Of a DNA stretch of 64,000 nucleotides, positions 13,068 to 25,589 are shown in pieces (position 1 is the first letter of the stretch; each line of letters opens with the position of its first letter). The stretch comes from Lytechinus pictus. Taxonomy: Eukaryota. The stretch lies in NCBI RefSeq assembly GCF_037042905.1, contig NC_087249.1, forward strand, positions 8,496,001 through 8,560,000. The letters run 5' to 3'. Both the position numbers and the translations under genes were made by a program. The notes beneath the pieces were generated by a model. The model ran no database searches. It was not told where the DNA came from and was given only the letters and a program-made list of their open reading frames with translations.

Positions 13068-14178
13068 CTTTAATGATCAAAGAAAATACCAATATTTTAA
13101 TGAAAGTTTCCCTTATTTGATGAGATGACTTATATTCACTTTCCCCTTAGAAGGATATTCTTACCCTCTCATATGATGTAACACTAAATAGCTCACAGTA
13201 AAGACAATAAAGGGAAAGCAGACATGCCAACTTTTCAAGATGAAAAATCTAACTGAAACAAAGGAAAAAAAATCTTTATTTTGGGGCAATCACTCCCTGA
13301 AAGTAAATTGCTCATACTTTAAAAAAACCAGAATTTTGCTTTCATTTTGCTATTTCAAACGTAAAAATCTGATTAAATCTGATAAAAGCTTACTGCTTGG
13401 CAGGTATGGGAAAGGTGGGGAGAGTAGACACAGCTAGAAAAAATAAATGATGATCTACCAGTAAAATTAAAATACCTCGTCAGGATATCTAAAACATGCC
13501 AAAAATTTGTAACACTGAATTTTTTCCCTATTTCGCCATTTTCTTTGCACATAATTAAGAAAGTAAAGTTGTCCTACCTAAAAAAATGTTATGAACCAGC
13601 CTCACCCATAACTTGCATTAGTAGGGAAACCTATTGTTTGCTTTTGCATGATTTACAACTGGAGATTCAAAGAGGGAATAATAATAATAATATAGGGTAT
13701 TTATATTGCGCACATATCCACCTTGTTAGGTGCTCAAGGCGCTCCTATATTACCCGGCTAAACTACATGTAGGCGTTCACAGCGCACACAGCTTGTAACA
13801 CTTCCTCATATAGTGTTTAAAAAAATTGGGTGCAATGGCACAACTTTCACCATTATTAAATAAAAAGAATCATGGTATCCTTGAACAAATACAAATAAAA
13901 AAAATTAATTGAAAATATCATCCCATGTGACCAGAAGTGTTGTGGTTCGGTGCATAAGTCTCTGGACTTTGAACAAGGTGTGGGGTTCCAATCCCATACA
14001 GCACATGTATCCTTTGGAAAGGCATTTATCAACATTTACCACTCTCCACCCAGGTGTATTAAATGGGTACCAGGTAGGAAGAAATTCCACTAATGCTCGA
14101 GCGCCCGATGAGAATAGAAATGCTAAATCCGGGATAATAAAAATGTTGATTACTATCATTATTGAAATTATTACTCAC

Positions 14179-14327
14179 TTGAGTTGCGTGGAAGTCCGCT
14201 ACCGATGCTAACGGTCAGTATCTTGCTGGACGGCTTGAGAAGGGCAATATCTCCCTGACCCTGAGCAAACCTGACTGTCCTGGTTCCTCCCCCACCCCAT
14301 CCTTCCTTCTTTACTGTAAACTCGATC
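14179..14327 (-). CDS. MYO1E: Myosin-IE/F-like TH1 end exon: [49 protein letters not shown]
   Basis: KKE.WG..G.R.V.F..G.GD...LKPS.K.L.VSIG.GLP.NS pattern; 149 nt, phase 2-1; follows a ~23-kb intron. Confidence 0.95.
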
Positions 14328-14574
14328 CTGTGGGATGAAGATAAGAAAGAAGTACTAGTTTAGAGGAAGTAGCTGCTAGGAAACAACTAATGTGGAAGCA
14401 TCATGGTGTAGTGGTTCTGACTCTCGCCTTGTATTCAGAGGGTCGCATGTTGAATTCCAACCCGAGTCTTATAAATCCTGAAAGCTAGCCACCAATGTTA
14501 CAAAATTAATCATGTCTGTTTCATAAAGCTAAAACAAAATAATTCAATTAACATTTGTTGATCATCAACGAATT

Positions 14575-14910
14575 GTGGAAGCGTCATGATGTGGCGGGTG
14601 TAATCACGGGGTCGTGTGTTTGATTCCCACTGAAGCGTAGAGTCCTTTAGCAAGGCATCAATCCACACTTTGCCACTCTCCACCCAGGTGTTATATGGGT
14701 ACCTGGTAGAATGTGAAAGCTTGTAGTATGTATTATGCCTAGCAATTGAGTCTTGGAACTCTTGTCGGAATGCTCCCCAGGGAGTAGAGAAAGTGCATAC
14801 ATTGTGTGTGGGCATGCCAGGATCTGATGACTAGGTAATAATAAATGTTGTATGTAAAACACTTCCAAACACAAAGCATTAATCAATATATAAATGTAAA
14901 TATTATTTTC
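14575..14910 (+). mobile_element. tRNA-derived SINE; related copies at ~13930-14165(+), 18660-18985(+), 34590-34860(-), 39415-39700(-) and 44940-45200(-)
   Basis: Degenerate A/B boxes, core ccactctccacccaggtg..aatgggtacc and an (ATT)-like tail. Confidence 0.85.
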
Positions 14911-15307
14911 ATCATAATATTCCACTTTTATACACAAATACTATTAATGAAAATTAGCTCAAATAAAAGAGGATATAAGCTTTAAAATAATAAGTCATAA
15001 CATGTGATAAAATGTTGATAATTATTGGTTTTATTGTTTGAAATCATCAAAAGAACATAACAATACCTTGAAGATAAAATATTTAATAGAACATAACATT
15101 ATAATATTTTGTTTTTGCTATAATACACTGTAGTATAGAATTTGATACACCAAGACAATGTCTCTTAGAGGGCTATACAGAATTAACCAGTCACTTTGGA
15201 ATCCCTATAGGTCTCATTGAATATAGAAAAAGTCCCTAATAAAACATTACAATACAATCGTAATTCCAAAAGAGCTCAGAGATAATTCAGTTTCCTGAAT
15301 TAATTTT

Positions 15308-16462
15308 AACAAGTGGAACGCCTCTGGCAGTCTTGCCTGCATTACGCGATTTAATATAGCAGCAGTGCTAACTTTGAAAACTACTATAAAATAATCATTC
15401 ACAAAAACACCATTCATATGACATAATACCACGTTCATTGACCATAAATGACATTTGAACGGTTACTTAAGACTTGTCAACTACACCCATGTCCACATTT
15501 CATTCACTCTATCCATAAACTTTCAAAGTTATGATGGCAATTCAACAATTACCCCAACATGGCCTAAGTTTATTGACCTTAACTGACCTTTGACCTTGGT
15601 TTTGTGACCTGAAACTCACAGGATATGTTCAGTGATACTCGATTACTCTTATATCCCAAGTTTTATGAACTAGATCCATAAACTTTCAGAGTTAGGATGG
15701 TAATTCAACAAATACCCCCAACACAGCCAAAGTTCATTGACCTTTAATGACCTTTGACCATGGTCATGTGACCTGAAACTCATACAGGATGTTCAGTGAT
15801 ACTTGATTACTCTTATGTCCATGTTTTATGAACTAGATCCATAAAATTTCAAAGTTATGATGGTAATTCAACAAATACCCCCAACTTGGCCAAAGTTCAT
15901 TGACCCTAAATGACCTTTGACCTTGGTCATGTGACCTGAAACTCAAGCAGGATGTTCACTAATACTTGATTAACCTTATGTCCAAGTTTCATGAACTAGA
16001 TCCATACATTTTTAAAGTTATGATAGTAATTCAACAAATACCCCCAACTTGACCAAAGTTCATTGACCCTAAATGACCTTTGACCTTGGTCACATGACCT
16101 GAAACTCAAGCAGGATGTTCACTAGTATTTGATTAACCTTATGCCCAAGTTTCATGAACTAGGTCCATATACGTTTTAAGTTATGATGTCATTTCAATAA
16201 TTATCCCAACATGGTCTAAGTTCATTGATCCTAAATGACCTTTGACCTTGGTCATGTGACCTGAAACTCAGGCAGGATGTTCAGTAATACTTGATTAACC
16301 TTATGTCCAAGTTTCATGAACTAGGTCCATATACTTTCTAAGTTATGATGTCATTTCAAAAACTTAACCTTAGGTTAAGATTTGATGTTGACGCCGCCGC
16401 CGCCGTCGGAAAAGCGGCACCTACATGTATAGTCTCGCTCTGCTATGCAGGCGAGACAAAAA
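15308..16462. mobile_element. Helentron/HINE-like non-autonomous element with an internal 163-bp tandem array
   Basis: Subterminal IR gtcttgcctgca (15330) / tgcaggcgagac (16446), terminal hairpin gtctcgc..gcgagac and A-run. TGACCTTTGACC at 15584, 15748, 15911, 16074 and 16236. Confidence 0.75.
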
Positions 16463-19400
16463 TGACACAACATACAATTTTGTTTTATAGCATTACAAAC
16501 TGCTACTTAGCTGATACATTTTCACCTATCAAAAATATTACAAGTAACCGTAAGAAAAAGATTTAGTCTTCAGATTCAACAAAAGGTCATAGCAAATGAA
16601 ACTAATTCTCCAATAACCCCATTCTCATTTGATATAAATTATTGCAGACAAAATCTCCCCCAGCTAAAGCTATTTATCAAACAAAATGTCAGATACTTTT
16701 GTTTCACTTCTAATTAATGTACCTTGCTTTGACTACTCAAAATGTCATCATTTGTTGGGGTTTAGAAAAGGTGCATTAATTAGGAACGACTTATGGCAAA
16801 GATATCCCACTTTTTAATTTCTATTTTTAAATTTCGATAGTAATGTCTTAGTTGATTAATCACAAGTGTGATAGCTCCAAACGGTAAATACAAGATATTG
16901 AATTTCACCTCCTGCTTTCATGAGTTGTCTCATCAATTTCAAATGTCACAGCTTGGGTTACAAATACAATGCATTAAATGGCTTCTGATGCTCTGAATAT
17001 GTTTCTAAATGTCACTACCGTCTTTCATTACTCTATTCAGTGTGTATAGAAAGAAGAGCTTTCAATTGGAGGAGAATAGGTGATTGAAAGGTATGGTCAT
17101 TCAGTGGCTACTTTCAATCAACATTTTCTTACCCTAAAAACACTGTTTACAAAGATGTTTAGTTCAATTCAATGTCACATTCCACCAATTGAAACTTTTA
17201 TAGCAAACACGAAACAGCAGCTTTGTATTATCCCACCTCAAGTCCTCAACTTCTCAAATCTGGCCCGGTTCCTAACCCATAATGCAACATTCTGAGTAGT
17301 GTAGTCTTGTAACATAGGCCCATTTGAATGATAACACCCAAATTCACTACTTACTACTAAATTCATATCACAATTAAAGGGATGATCCGGGCTGAAAAAA
17401 ATTATAGTTTAATAAATAGAGTAGAATTCACTGAGCAAAATGCAAAAAAAATCACCAAAATTGGATAAAAAATAAAGTTATAATTTATTGAATTTTAAAG
17501 TTTTGCAATATTTTGTGAAAACAGTCGTCATAAATATTCATAAGGTGGGCTGATGATGTCACATCTCCACTTGTTCTTTTGTATTGTATTATATGAAAAT
17601 AGGTTTATTCAAGTTAGAAATTTGATTGAACACATCCCCCGCCACAATATAGACTAAATCATGAATCCACACTGCAGGCTTTGTTTTCTAACGCCAACTG
17701 GTCTGTAGGTCATTGTTTTGTTTTGAAAGCTCAGTATTTAGAGTGTTAGTATACACTTCACATTATCACCTGAATTTTTATAACATTGACATCATGAAAT
17801 TCAATGGTTGTTTTAAAAAATTCTTTCATTTTGCTTTGTCGGGAATGTTAAAAGTGCTCTTCAAAACAGCTCTTGGACCTACTCAACAAATTTGAATACA
17901 TTCAAGCAAATCAACGACTTCATGAGATCTACCTGAATTGTAAATTACACAACAGAAATGCTATGATTGGTGAGAATCACTATTGACAAGCCTCTCTGCA
18001 GTTCACAGTGTTGTAGAATGCTGTTCTGTATTATGATATACATGTAATATTTAAAAAATGGAACAAATAATCTAGAACCTACAGGGATACTGGGATAGTT
18101 CATCCTTGATAATGTCAACAAGATAATGATCTATAGGGCCTATTCCTACTCAAATGAATTACCCTCCATTTGTTTTGCAAATCATTCTAGTGCTCTTCTG
18201 TGACATTTGTCAGCTTACATTCTATGACTAAACCCAGTCCTCAAAGGTTGAAATGAAATGAAATAATAATTTTGATCTTCCACACGTCAATCTAATGGCT
18301 TCAGTTTCTTACTTTCAACAGAAATCGGGGAAATCTGAAGAGAATTTGTAACTCCTTTCCTTACATATTATTATGTGTGCTGAGAATTCTTCCCTCAAAG
18401 TGTGAATGACATTTAGCTAGTTGCCAAAAGGCACTTCTTGAATCAAATCTTGAATACAATCACTCTATATTTGCATACAAAAACAAAATTGTAACAGTAT
18501 ACTACACATATTGCAGAAAAGTTCCTTTTCCTTCTTAAATCACAGCAAGTATAAATCTTGAAAGCAAGCCGACATGACAAAATTTATCAGGTCTGTGTCA
18601 TAAAGCTAAAACAAAATACTGTTATTATATTAGCAAATTTGTTGATCATCAACAAATTGTAGAAGCGTCATGGTGTGTTGTAATTAGAGGATCATGTATT
18701 CAAATCCCATCATGGCCTAGCATAGAAGGCGAGGCGTCAATCCATACTTTGCCATTCTCCACCCAGATGTTACATGGGTACCTGGTAGGATGTGAAAGCT
18801 TGTAGTATGCCTAGCAATTGAATCTTGGAACTCTTGTTGGAATGCTCCCCAGGGAGTGGAGAAAGTGCATAAATTGTGTGTGGGCATGCCAGGACCTAAT
18901 GACCATGGTAATGATAAATACAATGTAAAATGCTTAAAAACGTTAAGTACTAAGTGCTATATAAATGTAATTTATCATTATCAAATCTAATTTTACAAGT
19001 TGAATAAATTCAACATCTATTTGTAAATAAAAGCAACCTCTGCCAAGGGGATAGAAGAGAAAGATCTGGTAAGAGCAAAAAACTTATCCATTCTCTGATA
19101 AATCCTTTTCAACTTTTCCTGGAAAAAAGGCTACACAACAAACTTTGACAGGGCATTTCATTACTGTTTGCCTATTGTGTGCCAATGACACCCTGGGTAT
19201 TAGATCACATGATCAAATTAGGATTAACGAGCAAGCCGACACTGCTGAATACACAAAACCACAGAGGATTCCGGGGGATCCTAGGTACACGCTCAAAACC
19301 TGAATTCTCAACCACAATGTTCTATAAATGGGAACCAGTCAATATTAAGTGTCTATCTGATCTGTATGTCTCGTAGGATATGTAGGTTTAGGAAACATCA

Positions 19401-19631
19401 TATTACATCCAAGCCAAAGGGATGTCAGAGGGACTGGCGCCAACATTAAGTCAGGATCAATGCTTTCGTCATTTCTCAATTCTGGTGGAATTTTTGTCCA
19501 AAAGATTATCCCGAGATCCAGTTTATGAATCGAGAGATGACCAACTAGTAAATTTCTTTTATGAACTTCATCACTGACGCAGACACGGTTATAGCAAGTC
19601 ATTATTACGGTCCATGTACATGACTTCTAAA

Positions 19632-19744
19632 CAGGGATGCAGTCCAGGCCGGTATTTCCGAGTCACGAAGCCACCGGAGAAAACCTTTTCCCATAGACTT
19701 TCTACACGTGGCTCGGGCCAAGGCCAGCATCGACTACATCCCTG
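19632..19744. mobile_element. 113-bp hAT-type MITE
   Basis: TIR cagggatg(c/t)agtc / gactacatccctg; perfect 8-bp TSD cttctaaa at 19624-19631 and 19745-19752. Confidence 0.9.
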
Positions 19745-22700
19745 CTTCTAAATATCAATGGACATCACAGATTACAAAATACGAGGATCATATTGAATTG
19801 AATGAAACCCTTCAATCATTATCATCTTATTTTTTAATGCCCCAAACCATCACATATTATCAGGATATAAGTCTGAAATATATCCCCCAAAAAATTGTTT
19901 CTTGCCACTGAAAAAAAATACCCTTTTCCCATCCTATCCCTTTCTTATACTAGTGAACCCTGTCTAACCTTGGCATTTGAGCTAAATGTGAAATTTATTT
20001 AAAGTAACTTCTTATAATGTGTCATAACATTCCCTTTACCCAAGGTCAACAGGTAACACCTAAAAATATGCATTATAAATCTACATTTAAACAGTGAAGA
20101 CCACTATGGAACAATTGCTGTCTGCCAGAGGTGTGAGGCATGGCATCATTGAAAATAATATTTATTTCAACCTTGATGGTCAGAGAGATTTAGTATTAGT
20201 GAAATGCTAAAAATTGCTGGGGAAGTTGCATTATTGGAAATACAATTTCTGGCGTGCATCCACTACATAAGAACGCATACTCGATATGAAAAAAGAAATT
20301 CAGAAAAAGATTTAAAAAGTTACACAATTGGCTATTGTCCACTGACTTGTTGGGGGGGGGGGATCCACTCTAGGAAATGATTCCTTTTGGCTATCCTTCG
20401 TTTAGCCCTGGTCTGTGGGTATTGTTCAATGATTCTTTGGCTCTGTGTATTGACATGAATGAAGCTTGTTCCAGCATTTTGCTTCTGTATCAATTGCTAT
20501 GTCAAAGGAATGTGTGTCAGGATGTATGCTTCAATTCCGCCAGTGAAACCGACTCCTTACCAACAAAAGCTATTACCTTATTACCAAAGACGTATCATTG
20601 GTCGGCTTGGAGTCGGTTTGTTGGCATGACTGTAACATGCGGTTGCGGTTATTATCAGGATGAGAAGAAAATGATGGGGACAGATCTAAAGTTGGGAACA
20701 TTAACGCTTCAAATAATATGCAGAGGGTCGATCGTTGCTGGAAGTGTATCACAGAATTCCTTGAAGACTGTTCTGTCTAGATGAATTTTCAGGAGCAAAT
20801 TTTAACACTATCATGGTGTGCGTCCGCACCTTCCGCCCCCCCCCCCCCCCCCGAGTTGTGCCTGCTCATGGTCAAGGCAAAGGGGCTGGTGCAGGTGCAT
20901 ATTGGCTATGACTCTGAGGCATACCACCCTTTGCTGTCACCTTCCTAGGTTGAACCGTTCCAGCTCAAAGTTGTACTATACCCCCCCCCCATAATTCAAG
21001 AGGCAAGTGAGGGGTTCAATGGCAAGGAGGTTCCCATTGATGATCTCCTTTCTGTACCCCCATGCGATGTAAGAGGTTGCAAGGGTACACATTGGCTTCT
21101 GTCCATATGCTTTCCATTGTCCAAGCAACACTTGTTACTTTCTGGCCACTTTAAAGTTTAAAAAGTCTTGATTGATGTCTTGTTCCATTAAAGAGTGGAA
21201 AAGCCAAGGTATGTCAAAAATAGCAAGGCTAGAAGATCCTGAAAAATCTGTTTTGTGTTCAGTAAGGTGGAAAAAATGTTAGTATTTAGATTACATATTG
21301 TGATGATTGAATGAAATAAATTCATGGAATGAAATATGCAATCTTTGAAATAGTCAGTCTGAAAACACTTTTAAAAATTCTCCTATTATTCATAAAAACA
21401 CCTTCAAAAATTATTCTATTATGTATTTTTTATTAAAAAAACAAGAACTAAAAACAAACCAGAGTCTCGTTTTATATTTCAATGGCAATTCTATCAAAAA
21501 TACAATTTTGAACCATCCCATCTTTATAATAAGGGGAAAAAAGAGGAAAATTACCAAACTATGTATATTTAATTGCTTTATTATACAGGGATGCAATATA
21601 TTCCATCATTCTTACAATAACCCAAAATCTTTAAAATGCCCTAGCAGGACCATAGCACTGCACGTTAGTATATGTCAATGAAATGACCTTACATTTCTAT
21701 TTCCATGTCATGAATAAGCACCCACTATCCTGTCAAATATCGGATCTCACATCTTCATGTAACCATCAGGTTAATGACCTTTAGATCAACATACAAATGA
21801 CATTCTTCATAGCCTTCTCTGATTTCAGCATCTAAGAACCAACCCAAACTCAGTGAGGGGATGCGAAACACCCCGTGTCCCTCAACCACTGACAGGTCCT
21901 ATATTTTACAACTTAAAGGATTCATCAGGACGGAGTGTGCGATCCTTGCCATCGCAATTACGTCCAATTAACTTGACAGGATGAACTTCACACATTCCCC
22001 AATCACACTCGTCAGGCCGTGAGTCATGTTTCAGCACTTCCATAGATGATGCCGTCGATGGAGGCTACCCTTAGCCGCGCAACGGGTACGGACCTCCACG
22101 CGCTGCTGTCGCGACCTCCTGAGCGATGCCAGGAGATGGTAATCTCCTTGATGAATGCAACATCTTCATCTGTGATTACTTCAAGAGAAGACATACTTGG
22201 ACACCCTCAGCTGTTTCCACTTCAAGATACAGACAATCCCCAATTTTTTTATACTAATTCCTTGAAAGATAGATTGAAGATACACAGATTCAGGATTAAT
22301 GTCAGTTGTCGGACATCTGCCCATTAAACGAAAACTTCCACAAGGGCAGCACAAGAAACAGATGATTCTATCGGCGAATTTCGTCTTGACATAATACCCT
22401 GTGACAGGCTGGAAATACGCTATAGCTCTGACATCCTTGTTTGTTCTTGATAGTAAGACATCCTTTTTTGTTCTCGAGAACAAAGTTTCTCAGAAATATG
22501 ATTTTGTATCAACCGAAACCAGGGTCACAAGATGGTTATTAATCATAATAACTTGTCAAACTTCCCTCCAAACACATCTCCTCCCTTTCCTGTTACATTC
22601 AATAATTTTCTTAACAGTTTATCTCACTGAAATAAGTGTAGGAAAAGCAAAAGAACTAAAAATAGCTATCAGATATATTACAGAATTGCTATCATTGTAA

Positions 22701-25589
22701 AACAAAATTATACTCAAAGTCTCACCAAAAAGATAGTAACATAACAACAAATCATTTGTAATAACTTTGTACAGGAAATTTAATTTCCAACACAAGATAA
22801 AATTACAAATCTATCACTATAGGATGAAATGAACAAGTCCGGGATATGAAGGTTTTTTTCAATAATAGAAAGGAAATCGTATTGTATCTCAATATCCAAT
22901 TTGTCAAGTACCCACCCAGTGCTCTAGTGAACAAAGTTTAAGTCATAAGTTATACGTCAAGAGTACAAGCTGAGTTGTTCAATCTATACAAATAAAATAA
23001 CTCGATTGTAGGCACGCTTAAATTTTTATTAGTGGAGACAGCTGACTCAGTTAATTAAGTTATAAAGCTAGAACTTATATTATACTCTAAATATTCAATA
23101 CTTCAGCTCATAACATCAATTCTTTTAAACTTTAAGATTGAAATCCTAATTGTGACATTTGAGACCCTTATACATTGGTGCTCAAAAGCTAGTGAACCCC
23201 ATCAGAAAATGAACATACATGAATTTAGAGTGTTCAAATACATGCCATGTGTGAAGTCAGGTGATAAAATATTACATTCAATAAAGTTTGTTTATCTGGG
23301 TTTGCCAACCATTGTAGTGTTGCTGTCTATATTCAACAGTCAGCATGAAGGAGTGTATTTTGTGGTGGGGTTCACTAACTTTTGAGCACAACTCTATCTA
23401 CTTTCAGCAATACAGCAACCATCTTTTAAAATATGATGGTTAGATATTTACTGAGAGCTGGAAGAGAAAATATTAAAATTTGAAAAAAAATCCTATATTT
23501 TAAAAATTTCAAAGCTTAAAATAAAAAGTGATTTTAAAACTGGATGTTATCTACTTTGATGACCCAATTTTCCAATAAAGTCATGCACAACACATCAAAT
23601 CTAATCTACATGTTGATGAGAAATAAACTCTTTGAAATTTGTTTTCACCAAATTTAATTAACCCTAGTGGTCCTTCTTTATGAGTCAGTTGGTTTGCACA
23701 GGAAACGTCTGTCTCCCTCGATTGTCCGCGACCCCTCTCGTCTCAATCGACCACCAAACAAAACAAGCTTGCCTTCATTAAGGTGATAATATATTTCCTT
23801 CTCAAAAACCATACTGAGTTGCACACTTTGCCACATTTGAATGCATATTCTTTGTGTCCAAAAGTTACAGAAACAGATCATTTAAGATATTTATTTCAGA
23901 ATCATCAGACACATACTTGTATACGATGGAGCTATTTATTTATTTTTTATAATCTCATCTACATGTATGATAAAAAAACAAGCAATGCGTTTTTTTTTTC
24001 TTAACAGTTTATTTCTTTTCAGGTCATGTCTGTATTCTTCATTTGTAATTCTGTATTTATATCTATACTACATACGCCCATTACATACATCAGATTTGAA
24101 GCCGCCCCGACACTGGCTTTGGAGCCACCTTCATGCCTGAAATTTGAAGATGCCTCGAGATATTTATACCCTGTTACACATGGCCTAAGGCCTGCAATTG
24201 CTTGTCTATGCTTCGGCCGGCTTCACGTTGCACATGACTCGAGCCTTTAAACTGGCCTGAGTCTACTGAGGAGCATACATGTACATGTATACTGATTACG
24301 GGGCTGAGGCCGGACTCACGCCTGTTTGAAACCACATCCAGAGGTGGACCGGCGAACTGGCGTAAGTACAGCTTTTTAAAAGTAAGGGGGGACACAGATG
24401 TCGACCCACCCCCCAGGTCCGAACTCAGTCCACTTTTGACTCATATGCAACAGGGACCTTAGATTGAAATTTGATTGATATCATTTGTATACATTCTTGG
24501 TAATCCTTTCCTGATACTGTCTCATTTTAAAATAATACAAACTTTATAAATAGGAAATATTTTTCTTTTTTAGAAACAAGAATAAACATAATACAGAATT
24601 AAAATGAAAATTCAACTATATGATACAAGCAAGTTACATATTAATGGCCATAACAGCGGTTAAAACGGTAACAAGATTTCCTCATACTAAGGTGCTCTGA
24701 AAGACATAAAAGTATCAAGGAATCACCGTCTTTCAACTTAGAGGAAATTCCTATACCACTCCACACTTTGATACTTCCTGAAACTCTAATGAAGTGTCTT
24801 ACACCAATCAACACAGCGGGTTAATCAAGTTTGGTAATGTCTCTGGTCAAACTGTGGCCAAACATCCAAGCGGTCAATTAGATTATTTTAGTTCCCATCA
24901 GTCTGGGACGGTACTCGAGCTTTATAGAAGAGAGACACAATTCTTCAGAACACAGACTAATTGACTTTACTCATAGAGTTTTGACTTAAGCTTTCCTTAA
25001 GTCAAAATAAATCTGTGTTGCTCATCAAATTGGCAATAATCGATTCATTTTCTATTCATTTTCAAGAAAGTGAAGTACTAGTAGTGGAGTAAAATATAAA
25101 TATATACAATGGTTGACACGAAATATGCCCCTGCGACATTTGCTCCTGTCTTAATATCTCAGAGGGCATAGGGTTAGAGTTAGGAATACATAAAATAGAT
25201 TTGGCTCAGAATAGTGCAAATGTAACTATTAGGGCTATTAACATACATGTATTTTTGGAGGTTAGGTTCTAGGTTTGGCTTAACATGCAGATTTTCCAGA
25301 GGAGCAAATGTCATGGAACCAGACAATGCAGCATTTGGACCAAAGCACGGTGATAGACGGGCAAAGGGGGATTCCCAAATTAGTCGCACAAGAACTTGCC
25401 CATTGTTCCAATAAACAAAACAGTTCAATGCAGAAAAGTAACCAAAGTGTCTCAAAACTGAAAATACATCCCCGAATCATTAGATAATAATATTAGTATT
25501 CCGCATTTATAAAGCGCTTAACACATCGGAACGACTTCTCTTAGCGCTTTACAGATATATTATTACCCCGGTCATCGGATCCTTGCATG

